This document shows, piece after piece, positions 1 through 9,503 of a stretch of DNA of 64,000 bases (positions within the stretch are counted from its first letter, which is position 1; every line of letters starts with the position of its first letter). Made by a program: the position numbers and the translations under genes. The notes under the pieces are model-generated. The model was not told the origin of the DNA and did not search any database. It saw only the letters and a program-made list of their open reading frames with translations. The stretch lies in contig JBAZZP010000001.1 of NCBI GenBank assembly GCA_041658745.1, positions 165,434 through 229,433 on the forward strand, in the 5' to 3' direction. Source of the DNA: Candidatus Margulisiibacteriota bacterium. GTDB taxonomy: Bacteria; Margulisbacteria; WOR-1; O2-12-FULL-45-9.

Positions 1-476
1 AGCTTTTTGCGCCCGCCCAGATCCGGCAAATCTACCATAAAAGCAAATTCAACAACGCTGCCCTGCAGCTTTTTTACCAATTTGGCAGCAGCCATGGCGG
101 TACCACCGGTGGCAATTAAATCATCAATAATCAATACCCTCTGCCCTTTATCGATAGCATCTTTATGGATTTCGATTGTGTCTATCCCATACTCCAGAGC
201 ATAATCCTCTTTTTCGGTTTCAGCCGGCAATTTGCCTTTTTTTCGAATGGGGACAAAACCTTTACCTAATAAATAGGCCAAAGCACCACCCAAAATAAAG
301 CCCCTTGAATCAATCCCGACAATGACATCAATTTCCTTGCTTTTATAGCGGCTAACAAAGTCATCAATGCAGATTTTAAATCCAACGGGATCTTTAAGCA
401 AAGTGGTGATATCACGAAACATGATTCCTTTTTTAGGCCAGTGAGGAACGGTCCTGATCCTTGATTTTATGGGCAT
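1..476 (-). CDS. apt: adenine phosphoribosyltransferase (3' end cut by window edge)
   Basis: Minus-strand ORF runs off the window start. My translation reads MPIKSRIRTVPHWPKKG...QRVLIIDDLIATGGTAMAAAKLV, which is the type-I PRTase PRPP-binding motif. Its ATG at 476..474 overlaps the mtnP stop as TAATG. Confidence 0.8.
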   Translation of the reverse strand, partial: MPIKSRIRTVPHWPKKGIMFRDITTLLKDPVGFKICIDDFVSRYKSKEIDVIVGIDSRGFILGGALAYLLGKGFVPIRKKGKLPAETEKEDYALEYGIDTIEIHKDAIDKGQRVLIIDDLIATGGTAMAAAKLVKKLQGSVVEFAFMVDLPDLGGRKK

Positions 477-1222
477 TATTTTCCTCTAATCCTTGGAATA
501 GATTTAATCAACAAAGTTTTTACTTTTTCTGCATTTTCATGCATTCGTTGCATAACCATTTCATAGGTAACAGGAGCTTCATCTTCTTTCCAGCAATCAT
601 AATCGGTTGACATAGCAATCGTCTGATAAGCCATTCCCAGTTCATTGGCCAAGATAACTTCTGGGCAGGTTGACATGTTTATAATATCAGCCCCCCAAGC
701 TCTAAACATATGGCTTTCAGCCTTGGTTGAAAAACGCGGTCCTTCAATGGTTATTACAGTCACATCACGATTATATGTATAACCGCATTCTTTACACACC
801 TGGCACAATTTGTCGGTTAATTGCAGATCATACGGCTGGCTCATTGGCGTATGAACAGCTTTTTCGGTAAAATAAGTAAGGTTTCTATGACGAGTAAAAT
901 CGATAAACTGAGAAGGAAACACCAAATTGCCTGGTTTTATTTCTTCCCGCAAAGAGCCAACAGCTGTAGCAGCTAAGATATGCGTGCATCCCTCTTCTTT
1001 TAAAGCATAGATATTTGCCAGAAAGTTTACTTTGGTGGGCATAATCCCATGATCTTTGCCATGGCGAGCTAAAATGACAACCTCTACACCGTCAATAGAT
1101 CCGCAGGTTAGCGAGGACGAAGGCTGGCCATATTTATTATCAACTTCCTTGATTATAGGATTTTGTAATATTTGTGGGTCATCTAAACCGGACCCGCCGA
1201 TGATGGCTATTTTAGGCATCAC
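476..1222 (-). CDS. mtnP: S-methyl-5'-thioadenosine phosphorylase (purine nucleoside phosphorylase family II)
   Basis: 248 aa. Motifs are IAIIGGSGL, HGKDHGIMP, ITIEGPRFSTKAES and STDYDCW, typical of MTAP/PNP-II. It is adjacent to apt, the enzyme that salvages the adenine it releases. Confidence 0.85.
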   Translation of the reverse strand: MMPKIAIIGGSGLDDPQILQNPIIKEVDNKYGQPSSSLTCGSIDGVEVVILARHGKDHGIMPTKVNFLANIYALKEEGCTHILAATAVGSLREEIKPGNLVFPSQFIDFTRHRNLTYFTEKAVHTPMSQPYDLQLTDKLCQVCKECGYTYNRDVTVITIEGPRFSTKAESHMFRAWGADIINMSTCPEVILANELGMAYQTIAMSTDYDCWKEDEAPVTYEMVMQRMHENAEKVKTLLIKSIPRIRGK

Positions 1223-1232
1223 TTCCTCCTTC

Positions 1233-1652
1233 CTACTTTTTCAACAAATATGTTCCAACAAATATTCTAGATAAATTGGCAAACAATATAGAAATCAACC
1301 AAACAAAAATAATACACTTAAGCGTAAAATAAACCTCTGTTTTTATAACTAAAGCAATTAAAAAGGTAATAATGGCCGATGAAGAAATCACAAAAGAGTT
1401 ACCTAATACTTGCTGGATTGTCGAAACTTCTTTTTCGGGATATTTATACATACCACCCATAAAAAAAACAATCAACCAAATCATAGTAATAGGCGCGATA
1501 ATACTATTGTAGACCTCGAAAGAAAAACCAATTATTCCACCCAAATACATTTTCAGATTAAAAATTAATAAAAAAGAAAAATAAATAGTAACAGCATCGA
1601 ATAGCAATATTGCTATTTCATACAACCAAAATCGCCAGTTTATTTTAATCAC
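1233..1652 (-). CDS. hypothetical small integral membrane protein
   Basis: 139 aa, about 4 hydrophobic segments. It sits between the glycan locus and the housekeeping genes. No recognisable motif. Confidence 0.35.
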   Translation of the reverse strand: MIKINWRFWLYEIAILLFDAVTIYFSFLLIFNLKMYLGGIIGFSFEVYNSIIAPITMIWLIVFFMGGMYKYPEKEVSTIQQVLGNSFVISSSAIITFLIALVIKTEVYFTLKCIIFVWLISILFANLSRIFVGTYLLKK

Positions 1653-1674
1653 CTAAGAAATTGTAGCATAATCT

Positions 1675-3492
1675 TTACGAAGAGGCCAAATGCAATATCC
1701 TTGCCCTTATCTGATCAATTTGCCTTTTTTCAGCTAAATCCGTTAAGACATCAATCTCCGCTTTTAATTTATCATAATTCCTTGTTTCAGGCTTAGCAAT
1801 AAATATCTTTTTATGTTTAGTGGCTCGGGTTCCCTCTGATGAAGTAAAGATTTCTTCGAACAGTTTTTCTCCAGGCCGCAACCCAATGATTTTTATCTCA
1901 ATATCTTGACCAACTTCTAGCCCAGACAATTTAATTAAATCCTTTGCCAAATCCAATATTTTGACTGGTTCTCCCATATCTAAAATAAATATCTCGCCAC
2001 CTTTTCCCATTGCCCCAGCCTGGATCACCAATTGCACCGCTTCTGGAATGGTCATAAAGTAACGAGTAACCCCTGGATGGGTTATTGTTACTGGCCCCCC
2101 AGCCAAAATTTGCTGCTTAAATATAGGAACAACGCTCCCGCGGCTATCCAGCACATTTCCAAAGCGGACTGAAACAAACTTGGTTTCACTCCCGCCTTGG
2201 GCCTGGGCCTGCAATATCATTTCAATTATTCTTTTAGAAGCTCCCATTACACTAGTGGGATTAACAGCCTTATCTGTAGAAATATTAACAAAAATCTTTA
2301 CTCCGTAATGATCAGCAGCACGAATAAGATTCTGTGTACCTAAAATATTATTTAAAATAGCCTCATCAGGATTAGCTTCCATTAAGGAAACATGCTTGTG
2401 AGCGGCAGCGTGAAAAACAACCGTGGGATGATATTTTTTAAAAAGATAATCGACCTTAAGATTATCGCGCATGTCACCAATTACCACTTTTATATTCAAA
2501 AATGGGTATTTTTTGCGCAGTTCCCACTCAATATTAAAGATACTGTTTTCGCCTCGTCCAAACAAAAGAAGCTCCTTTGGTTGAAACAATGCAACTTGCT
2601 TACATATCTCCGAACCAATTGAACCTCCAGCTCCGGTAACTAATATTACTGCATCAGTTAAATACCCCGCAATTTCTTTAAGATCAATTGCTACTGGTTC
2701 TCTCCCGAGTAAATCATCTATCTGAACATTCCTAATCTGACTAATATGAATTGAACCATCGATAAGCTCATAGACTCCGGGAACAATCCTGAATAACACT
2801 TTGCTCTCTTCGCAATAATTCACAATGCGCCGTATTTCTTTCCCCGCGGCTGATGGAATGGCAATAACGATTTCATCTATAGAATATTTGTCAACTAAAG
2901 TCCGAATTTCGTTTGTCTCACCTAAAATTGGAAGACCATGAATATACATCCCCTTCTTTGTATTATCATCATCAACAAAACCAACAGGAGAATAACCTAG
3001 ATGTGGCAGCTTCAACATTTCACGGGATATCATTTCTCCAGCATCGCCAGCACCAACAATCAATATCACTCTTTTCTTTCCCATTTTGTTGCCTTTGTGC
3101 ATATTTTGCATCCAATGTCTAATAAAAAGACGTCCTCCACCTAAAAACGCAAAACAAATAACAGCATCAACAACTAAAACCCTAAAAGGAAAACCAACAA
3201 ATCCAAAGATCAAAATAGAAAAAGCAATAAGCATTGAGCTAATTCCTACCGCTTCGACTAAAGAAATCAGCTCCTTTACACTGGCATATTGCCACGCCCA
3301 ATGATAAATACCAAAATTTCGAAAAGTTCCAATTCTAAAGGCGATACCAAGCAAAATTACCCACCAGAACGATTCAATTAGTATAAAATTGCCAAAAAGC
3401 AGATAAAAGGAGGTAACCAAAGAAAATCCAATAAAAAAAATATCCGCGAGAACTAATAACACAAGAGATCTATAAACTATTATTCGATTCAT
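1675..3492 (-). CDS. membrane-anchored nucleotide-sugar 4,6-dehydratase (CapD/PglF/WbpM family)
   Basis: 605 aa. N-terminal TM helices are followed by two Rossmann regions: VGAGDAGEMISREM, then VLVTGAGGSIGSEI ... STDKAVNPTSVMGASKR (the YxxxK region). This is the typical UDP-GlcNAc 4,6-dehydratase architecture. Confidence 0.85.
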   Translation of the reverse strand: MNRIIVYRSLVLLVLADIFFIGFSLVTSFYLLFGNFILIESFWWVILLGIAFRIGTFRNFGIYHWAWQYASVKELISLVEAVGISSMLIAFSILIFGFVGFPFRVLVVDAVICFAFLGGGRLFIRHWMQNMHKGNKMGKKRVILIVGAGDAGEMISREMLKLPHLGYSPVGFVDDDNTKKGMYIHGLPILGETNEIRTLVDKYSIDEIVIAIPSAAGKEIRRIVNYCEESKVLFRIVPGVYELIDGSIHISQIRNVQIDDLLGREPVAIDLKEIAGYLTDAVILVTGAGGSIGSEICKQVALFQPKELLLFGRGENSIFNIEWELRKKYPFLNIKVVIGDMRDNLKVDYLFKKYHPTVVFHAAAHKHVSLMEANPDEAILNNILGTQNLIRAADHYGVKIFVNISTDKAVNPTSVMGASKRIIEMILQAQAQGGSETKFVSVRFGNVLDSRGSVVPIFKQQILAGGPVTITHPGVTRYFMTIPEAVQLVIQAGAMGKGGEIFILDMGEPVKILDLAKDLIKLSGLEVGQDIEIKIIGLRPGEKLFEEIFTSSEGTRATKHKKIFIAKPETRNYDKLKAEIDVLTDLAEKRQIDQIRARILHLASS

Positions 3493-3494
3493 TT

Positions 3495-4127
3495 TTAAGC
3501 CATATTATCAGGTAATTGTTTAATGCCAAAAATTGGGGCAAAAAAATGGACTTTGAGCGTTAAAAATAAGATTTGTATATCGACCCAGATATTATGTTTT
3601 CGAACATATTTCAATTGCAAACGGATTTTTTCAGGTCTAATTTTTTCTAAATATACTTTTTCTGGATCTATACTGCCTGCGAGCAATGAGCCTTCATCAG
3701 GATTCCAAATACAAGCCCAATCAGTAATGCCAGGAAGGACGCTAAGTATTTGTTTTTCCTCCTCCGTAAACAAATTAACATATATGGGTACCTCAGGCCG
3801 AGGGCCAACTAAACTCATTTCTCCACGTAAAACGCTTATAAGCTGCGCTAGCTCATCAAAATTATACTTTCTAATAATTTTGCCAATGTTGGTCACACGC
3901 ATATCATCGCCAGAAGTTGATGGCCCCCCGATTTTATCAGCATTCTGCACCATTGTTCTGAATTTGAATATTTTAAAGAGTTTGCCGTTTTTCCCAACTC
4001 TAATTTGCCGATAAAACACCGGCCCTGGAGAATCACGCTTTATCAACACGGCTAAAACTATAAATAAAGGAGCAGCCACAATAAGCCCAAATATCGACAA
4101 AATAATATCCATTAAGCGCTTAATCAT
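3495..4127 (-). CDS. small monotopic phosphoglycosyltransferase (PglC/WbaP-C-terminal 'bacterial sugar transferase')
   Basis: 210 aa. One N-terminal TM, then RDSPGPVFYRQIRVGKNGKLFKIFKFRTM and SLVGPRPE motifs. Start/stop coupled to the adjacent CapD-like gene. Confidence 0.85.
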   Translation of the reverse strand: MIKRLMDIILSIFGLIVAAPLFIVLAVLIKRDSPGPVFYRQIRVGKNGKLFKIFKFRTMVQNADKIGGPSTSGDDMRVTNIGKIIRKYNFDELAQLISVLRGEMSLVGPRPEVPIYVNLFTEEEKQILSVLPGITDWACIWNPDEGSLLAGSIDPEKVYLEKIRPEKIRLQLKYVRKHNIWVDIQILFLTLKVHFFAPIFGIKQLPDNMA

Positions 4128-4141
4128 AAATTAGTTGTCCA

Positions 4142-5311
4142 TTAAATTTGCAATAGCTTCTTTAGCCCTTTTTCAACATTTGACATTGTTTCCTCTTTTT
4201 TGCAAAAACAAAATCGCACCTGATTATTGCCCTTGTCTGATTCAGCATAGAAAGAACTCCCAGGCACTGTGGCAACCCCGGTTACCTCAATTAGTTTACG
4301 GCTAAAAGAAAAATCATTACTAACCCCTAGCTTTCTCATTAAATGGTCAGCTTCTGCAATGATATAATAAGCCCCTTTTGGCAAAACTGGACTAAACCCA
4401 ACTTCATTTAGCAATTTATATAGAAATCCCCTAGATTTTTCATATTTTTGTCTCAATTGATCGTAATAAGAATCCGGCATGTGCATGGCCACAACTGCAG
4501 CTTCTTGAAAAGGAGTTGGAGCGCCAACGGTTAAAAAATCATGAACCTTCCTAATTCGTGCCGTAATCTCAGCATTCGCAATTGCCCACCCAACGCGCCA
4601 TCCAGTCACAGAATATGATTTTGAAATAGAATTAATAGTTACGGTTCGATCTGCCATACCCCCTAGGGATGCAATCGAAATGTGTTCCGCACCATCATAC
4701 AAGATATGTTCATAAATTTCATCGGTTATCGCTAAACAATCCCATTTTTCACAAAGGGCAGCAATCTCTTCCAATTCTTTGCGTGAAAAGACCTTTCCGG
4801 ATGGGTTATTAGGGGTATTTATTATTATGGCTTTTGTCTTATCATTGAAAGCAGCGGCAAGCTCTTTTGAATCATAATGCCAGTCGGGAGAATAGATAGT
4901 TACATACCTTGGAGTAGCACCCGAGAGAATGGTATCTGCTCCATAATTTTCATAAAACGGCTCAAAAATAACGACTTCATCTCCAGGATTGATTACAGCC
5001 TTAAGGGTAGCAATCATTGCCTCTGTTGCACCACAGGTAACGGTTATATCTGTGTCAGGAGAACAAATTATTTTATTGTAGCGAGCAACTTTTTCTGCAA
5101 TTGCTTTTCTTAATTGCGGTTCGCCAAAGGTGACCGGATATTGATTGCAATCTCTAAGGATGGCATCAATCGCCGCTTGTTTTATCTCTTTTGGAGCTTC
5201 AAAATCGGGAAACCCCTGGGACAGATTATATCCTCCGGCAGCATCACAAACCCTAGTCATTTCACGAATAACCGATTCGGTAAATTTTTCGGTGATATAT
5301 GAAAGCTTCAT
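4142..5311 (-). CDS. class I/II PLP-dependent aminotransferase (AAT/MalY-like fold)
   Basis: 389 aa. NLSQGFPDF, VTCGATEA, FEPFYENY and the PLP-lysine region SISKSYSVTGWRVGW. Unusual in a glycan operon. Confidence 0.75.
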   Translation of the reverse strand: MKLSYITEKFTESVIREMTRVCDAAGGYNLSQGFPDFEAPKEIKQAAIDAILRDCNQYPVTFGEPQLRKAIAEKVARYNKIICSPDTDITVTCGATEAMIATLKAVINPGDEVVIFEPFYENYGADTILSGATPRYVTIYSPDWHYDSKELAAAFNDKTKAIIINTPNNPSGKVFSRKELEEIAALCEKWDCLAITDEIYEHILYDGAEHISIASLGGMADRTVTINSISKSYSVTGWRVGWAIANAEITARIRKVHDFLTVGAPTPFQEAAVVAMHMPDSYYDQLRQKYEKSRGFLYKLLNEVGFSPVLPKGAYYIIAEADHLMRKLGVSNDFSFSRKLIEVTGVATVPGSSFYAESDKGNNQVRFCFCKKEETMSNVEKGLKKLLQI

Positions 5312-5358
5312 CGTTCCCCTTTCTAATAACTATCGCAATGATTACACAGGTTATTCAA

Positions 5359-6462
5359 TTAGACAAAAAATTTGCGAACAGTTTGAATAACATATTGCAC
5401 TTGTTCTTCTGAAATTTCCACATTCATAGGTAAAGAGATAACTTCTTTAGATATGGACTCAGTCTCAGAGCAATAAGACCCGTCTAAATTTAGCCCATTG
5501 TAACTATAATATGGCTTGGGCCAGTGGATTAAGATTTCAATGCCGTTTTCTTTCAACCAAGCGGAAAGATTGTCTCTTTGTGAGGTGCGGATAACATAGT
5601 TCTGATAAACATCGTCATTTTTGTGATCATCAAAATGCGGAAGACCCAAATCTTTTAGTCCGCTTAGCCCATCAAGATATTGCTTAGCAATTTCTTTTCT
5701 CCGTTTTATCCAATTAGGTAGATGGCGCAATTTAACATCCAAAAAGGCGGCTTGGAGATTGTCTAATAAACAGGTAAAACCATGGTAGTAATAAGCCCCT
5801 GTTGTTCTATCTTCGCCATTATACCGAAGCAGGCGCGCTATACGAGCAGCTTCCGGATCATTTGTGGTTATTGCCCCACCATCGCCATATCCCCCCAAAA
5901 TCTTGAAAGGATAAAAGCTCCAACAACCGGTTAAACCAATTGAACCAGCCTTTCTTCCATTATAACTGGCACCCAAAGATTGGCACGCGTCTTCGATCAC
6001 AATTAACTTATGTTTCTCGGCAATGGATTGAACCGCATCCATATTTGACATTCGCCCATTAAGATGAACAGGGATAATAGCCTTAGTTTTTGGTGTGATC
6101 GCTGCTTCGATTTTTGAAACATCAATATTATAATCCTTACTAACATCAACCAATTTAGGAGTTCCGCCCGCATTGACTACGGCCGAAGCGGTAGCCACAA
6201 AAGTATGTGCGGGAACAATCACTTCATCACCGGATTTTATCCCGGCAATAATCATAGAAACATGTAAAGCATCGTAGCCACTATTTAGTCCAACAGCATA
6301 CTTTGTCCCTACGAAAGCCGCCAAATTATCCTCAAAACCGCTCAACTGACCCCGCATAATTAGATCGCCAGCTGTCATAACCTCGTTATAAGCACTATCA
6401 ATTTCATTTTTTATGAGCTGATAATTTTTTTTAGAATCAACAAACGGCACTTTATAGTTCAT
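5359..6462 (-). CDS. DegT/DnrJ/EryC1/StrS sugar aminotransferase
   Basis: 367 aa. DEVIVPAHTFVAT...; lysine retained in SFYPFKILGGYGDGGAI. Confidence 0.85.
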   Translation of the reverse strand: MNYKVPFVDSKKNYQLIKNEIDSAYNEVMTAGDLIMRGQLSGFEDNLAAFVGTKYAVGLNSGYDALHVSMIIAGIKSGDEVIVPAHTFVATASAVVNAGGTPKLVDVSKDYNIDVSKIEAAITPKTKAIIPVHLNGRMSNMDAVQSIAEKHKLIVIEDACQSLGASYNGRKAGSIGLTGCWSFYPFKILGGYGDGGAITTNDPEAARIARLLRYNGEDRTTGAYYYHGFTCLLDNLQAAFLDVKLRHLPNWIKRRKEIAKQYLDGLSGLKDLGLPHFDDHKNDDVYQNYVIRTSQRDNLSAWLKENGIEILIHWPKPYYSYNGLNLDGSYCSETESISKEVISLPMNVEISEEQVQYVIQTVRKFFV

Positions 6463-6483
6463 TCTTCTTCTCCAATTAATTAT

Positions 6484-7482
6484 TTATTTTTTATTTCTCA
6501 ATAGCTTTTGCGCTTCGATTATTATATCATTTTTATTTGGATAATAACACTTTTCTAAATTGCCATTGGCAGGAGCAGGAATATCTGGCAAGGTGATCCT
6601 TTTAATGGGCGATTTTAAAACTATGGGGCTTTCGGCAACTAAAGCCGCAATTTCAGCAGATATTCCGCCAGTTTTCCATCCCACATCGGCCACAATTAAA
6701 CGTCCAGTCTTTTGCACCGAATCTAAAATAATTTCTTTATCGAGTGGTTTTACGCTTCGCAGGTCAATAATTTCTGCGCTGATACCAAGTTTCTCTAACT
6801 CCTCACCTGCTTTACAGGCTTCATGAGCCATATAAGAAATCGCCGCAATAGTAAGATCGGTCCCTTTTCTTCTAATTACCCCTTTGCCGATGGAAATAGA
6901 GTATCTTTCTCTGGGAACAGCCTCTTCTAGTGAATAGAGCCATCTGTCATCAATAAAAACAACCGGATTATTATCTTCAATGGCAGCAATCATTAATCCT
7001 TTTGCATCATAGGGAGTTGCAGGCATAACAACTTTTAAACCAGGTACATGCGCAAACATGGCATGTAAGGCTTGAGAGTGTTGGGCCCCCTGCTCCCCAC
7101 CTCGATTAATAATCCCCCAGATAACTACAGGGACACTGGCCTTTCCACCATTCATGTAATACCAGTTGGCGGCTTGATTAATGATAGGATCAAAGCCGTA
7201 GATCATAAAATCTAGCCGGGGGTGCACAACAATAGACCTCATCCCAGCAATAGCAGCTCCCACAGCTGCACCGGTAATGGCATTTTCAGATACAGGAGTA
7301 TCAATAACCCTATTTTCACCGAATTTGGCAATTAGCCCCCTAGTTGTATTTCCCACATACCATGGGCTTTTCACCCCTTGGCCAATTAAAAACACTGATT
7401 TGTCCTTTGACATCATTTGATGCAGTGCTTCATTGATTGCTAGACTGTAAGACAATTTTCTTTTTTTATTTTTTGAAGACAT
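6484..7482 (-). CDS. TPP-dependent 2-oxoacid dehydrogenase E1 component beta-like subunit (transketolase C-terminal-like)
   Basis: 332 aa. Pyrimidine-binding and transketolase-C regions (VIDTPVSENAITGAAVGAAIAGMR, VVMPATPYDAKGLM). Overlaps the following E1-alpha gene. Confidence 0.8.
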   Translation of the reverse strand: MSSKNKKRKLSYSLAINEALHQMMSKDKSVFLIGQGVKSPWYVGNTTRGLIAKFGENRVIDTPVSENAITGAAVGAAIAGMRSIVVHPRLDFMIYGFDPIINQAANWYYMNGGKASVPVVIWGIINRGGEQGAQHSQALHAMFAHVPGLKVVMPATPYDAKGLMIAAIEDNNPVVFIDDRWLYSLEEAVPRERYSISIGKGVIRRKGTDLTIAAISYMAHEACKAGEELEKLGISAEIIDLRSVKPLDKEIILDSVQKTGRLIVADVGWKTGGISAEIAALVAESPIVLKSPIKRITLPDIPAPANGNLEKCYYPNKNDIIIEAQKLLRNKK

Positions 7483-8443
7483 ATTTACCCAGATCGCTTT
7501 CTTGCGGACAAGGACTTTTCAATGCAAAATTAAAAGCATCATTAATTTCCGCATCAACCTGTTCTTTTATCTTTAAAAGTTCCGCCTTGCCAAAAACTCC
7601 ATTCAACAAATAGCGCTCGAACCGTCTAATTGGATCTTTTTTAAACCAACCTGCAATTTCTTTTTTGGGTCGAATATCTGTGTGAACTCCTTGGACATTA
7701 TCATCGGCCCCGACATGTCCACGAAACCGATAAGTCATAAATTCGATAAAGACCGGCCCTTTGCCTGAGCGGCAGGCTAGCGCCGCCTTTTTTGCAACAG
7801 CAAAAACAGCTAACACATCATTGCCGTCAACCCTAAAACTCGGTACCGAAAAAGGCAGACCAGACTTGTATATTGTTCCATTGGCTCGACATTCGCGGAT
7901 TGACATATGCGTTGAATAAAGATTGTTTTCACAGGCAAAAATAATTGGGAGCTTCTTTAACGCAGCAAAATTAAAACTTTCATAAAGGACCCCTTCTCCC
8001 GTTGCCCCATCACCAAAAAAAGAAACCGTTACTTTTTTATCCTGGCAAATAGCAGAAGCTAGCGCCGAACCCAATGCTAGAGAAATTGTCCCAGCCACAA
8101 TTGGCGCCGACCCTAGCATTCCGGTCGCCGGTTTGCACAAGTGCATAGAACCTCCTCTTCCGCGAGAACAGCCCGTCTCCTTGCAATATACCTCAGCAAT
8201 TAATTCTTTTATCGTCCCTCCATGCGCCAAAAAGTGCCCATGGGATCTATGATTTCCAAAAACATAATCTGTCGGGCTTAAGGCCGCGCAAACTCCAGCC
8301 GCGACCGCTTCTTGCCCGGTACAAAGATGAACAGGACATTTAACTTCGCCATTTGAGATTGGGGCAATTAAGCTTTCTTCACACAGTCTTATTTGCAATA
8401 ATGTGTAATATATAGATCTTAATATACTCTTCGAATAAATCAT
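7466..8443 (-). CDS. TPP-dependent dehydrogenase E1 component alpha-like subunit
   Basis: 325 aa. TPP motif GDGATGEGVLYESFNFAALKKLPIIFACENN (GDG...NN), HLCTGQEA. No E2 or E3 partner is present. Confidence 0.8.
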   Translation of the reverse strand: MIYSKSILRSIYYTLLQIRLCEESLIAPISNGEVKCPVHLCTGQEAVAAGVCAALSPTDYVFGNHRSHGHFLAHGGTIKELIAEVYCKETGCSRGRGGSMHLCKPATGMLGSAPIVAGTISLALGSALASAICQDKKVTVSFFGDGATGEGVLYESFNFAALKKLPIIFACENNLYSTHMSIRECRANGTIYKSGLPFSVPSFRVDGNDVLAVFAVAKKAALACRSGKGPVFIEFMTYRFRGHVGADDNVQGVHTDIRPKKEIAGWFKKDPIRRFERYLLNGVFGKAELLKIKEQVDAEINDAFNFALKSPCPQESDLGKYVFKK

Positions 8444-8489
8444 GTCGTTATAATTATACAGTAAATAGTCTTAAAATGTTTGGGGAATT

Positions 8490-9503
8490 TTAAATTTCCT
8501 TTTCTTCATCAGTCAGAGAGACATCATAATTATTTTTAATACGTTTTAATACAACCTCGGCCGGAATACTCTCTAGAACGTCCCCTATTTTAAAATCTAA
8601 AATAGAACTATCGCTAAATTTCTTTACAAGTATTGTCCCGTCCAAAGTTTTAACCACAAATTGCTCTAGTGAGATTGAGATATCAACAATAGTCCCGGGT
8701 AAAGTTTTATTGTGGAACAAACAGGGATCAAATGGACATGCATCAAGAATATATATCTTTTTATTATTGTGGGAACAAAACGCCGGAGGATAGGGAGGTA
8801 AGACAGCTCTAATAAGATTGTAGATTTGCATTGACCTTTGATTCCAATCGATAGCGCTGTCTTCGGGGGTTCTTTTGGGATAAAAAGTGGGCTTTTCGGG
8901 CGGCTGCGGCCAGGCAATTTCACGATTTTCTCCAATTAATTGGATATATGTTTTTAAAAGATCTTGCATTGCAATTCGATTCTTCATGTGCAAAGAAGCA
9001 ATCGTATCAAAATCATTGATTTCAAATGAACGAAAACCAATAATATTGCCAGCATCAATCTTGGGATCATATTTAAATAAATAAGTGATAAACTTTTTCT
9101 GGCCAGTTATTAAAGACCAATTTAAAGGGGACCTTCCACGCCCTTTAGGGAGGCCAAAAGCACTGCCGTGCATTCCACAAGCAAATTTGCCTAAAGCGGC
9201 CAATACTGCCTCAGGCACAAGCCTTTCCCAGCCTATAACAATCAATAAATCAATTTTTTCGTTTAAAAAGAACTGAACGTCTTTTGTATCATTAAGATTG
9301 TAAGAATTTGTTAAATATATCGGAATTGAGTTTTTATTGCATAGATTTTCGATCTCAACACCTTTATAAAAAGCTACTTGATTTTTCTGAGCAATTTTTG
9401 CAGGCAACGTTATCACCAAATCCACAGAGAAAACCTCTAATTCCTTAATGAAGCTAATTAAATCTAAGGTGGTCCCTTTACAACCCAAAATTGCTATTTT
9501 CAT
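8490..9503 (-). CDS. formyltransferase-fold protein (Fmt/ArnA-N-like; putative sugar N-formyl/acyl-transferase)
   Basis: 337 aa. HGSAFGLPKGRGRSPLNW resembles the HxSLLPxxRG loop. DPKIDAGNIIG resembles the DxGxI catalytic Asp region. Extra C-terminal domain. Confidence 0.6.
   Translation of the reverse strand: MKIAILGCKGTTLDLISFIKELEVFSVDLVITLPAKIAQKNQVAFYKGVEIENLCNKNSIPIYLTNSYNLNDTKDVQFFLNEKIDLLIVIGWERLVPEAVLAALGKFACGMHGSAFGLPKGRGRSPLNWSLITGQKKFITYLFKYDPKIDAGNIIGFRSFEINDFDTIASLHMKNRIAMQDLLKTYIQLIGENREIAWPQPPEKPTFYPKRTPEDSAIDWNQRSMQIYNLIRAVLPPYPPAFCSHNNKKIYILDACPFDPCLFHNKTLPGTIVDISISLEQFVVKTLDGTILVKKFSDSSILDFKIGDVLESIPAEVVLKRIKNNYDVSLTDEEKEI

Noticed and set aside
6484-8443. E1 alpha/beta pair as a housekeeping pyruvate or acetoin dehydrogenase complex
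   Set aside because: No E2 (lipoyl acyltransferase) or E3 gene is adjacent. The pair is translationally embedded between a DegT aminotransferase and a formyltransferase-fold gene, which favours a sugar-tailoring role. This could not be settled without a phylogeny.
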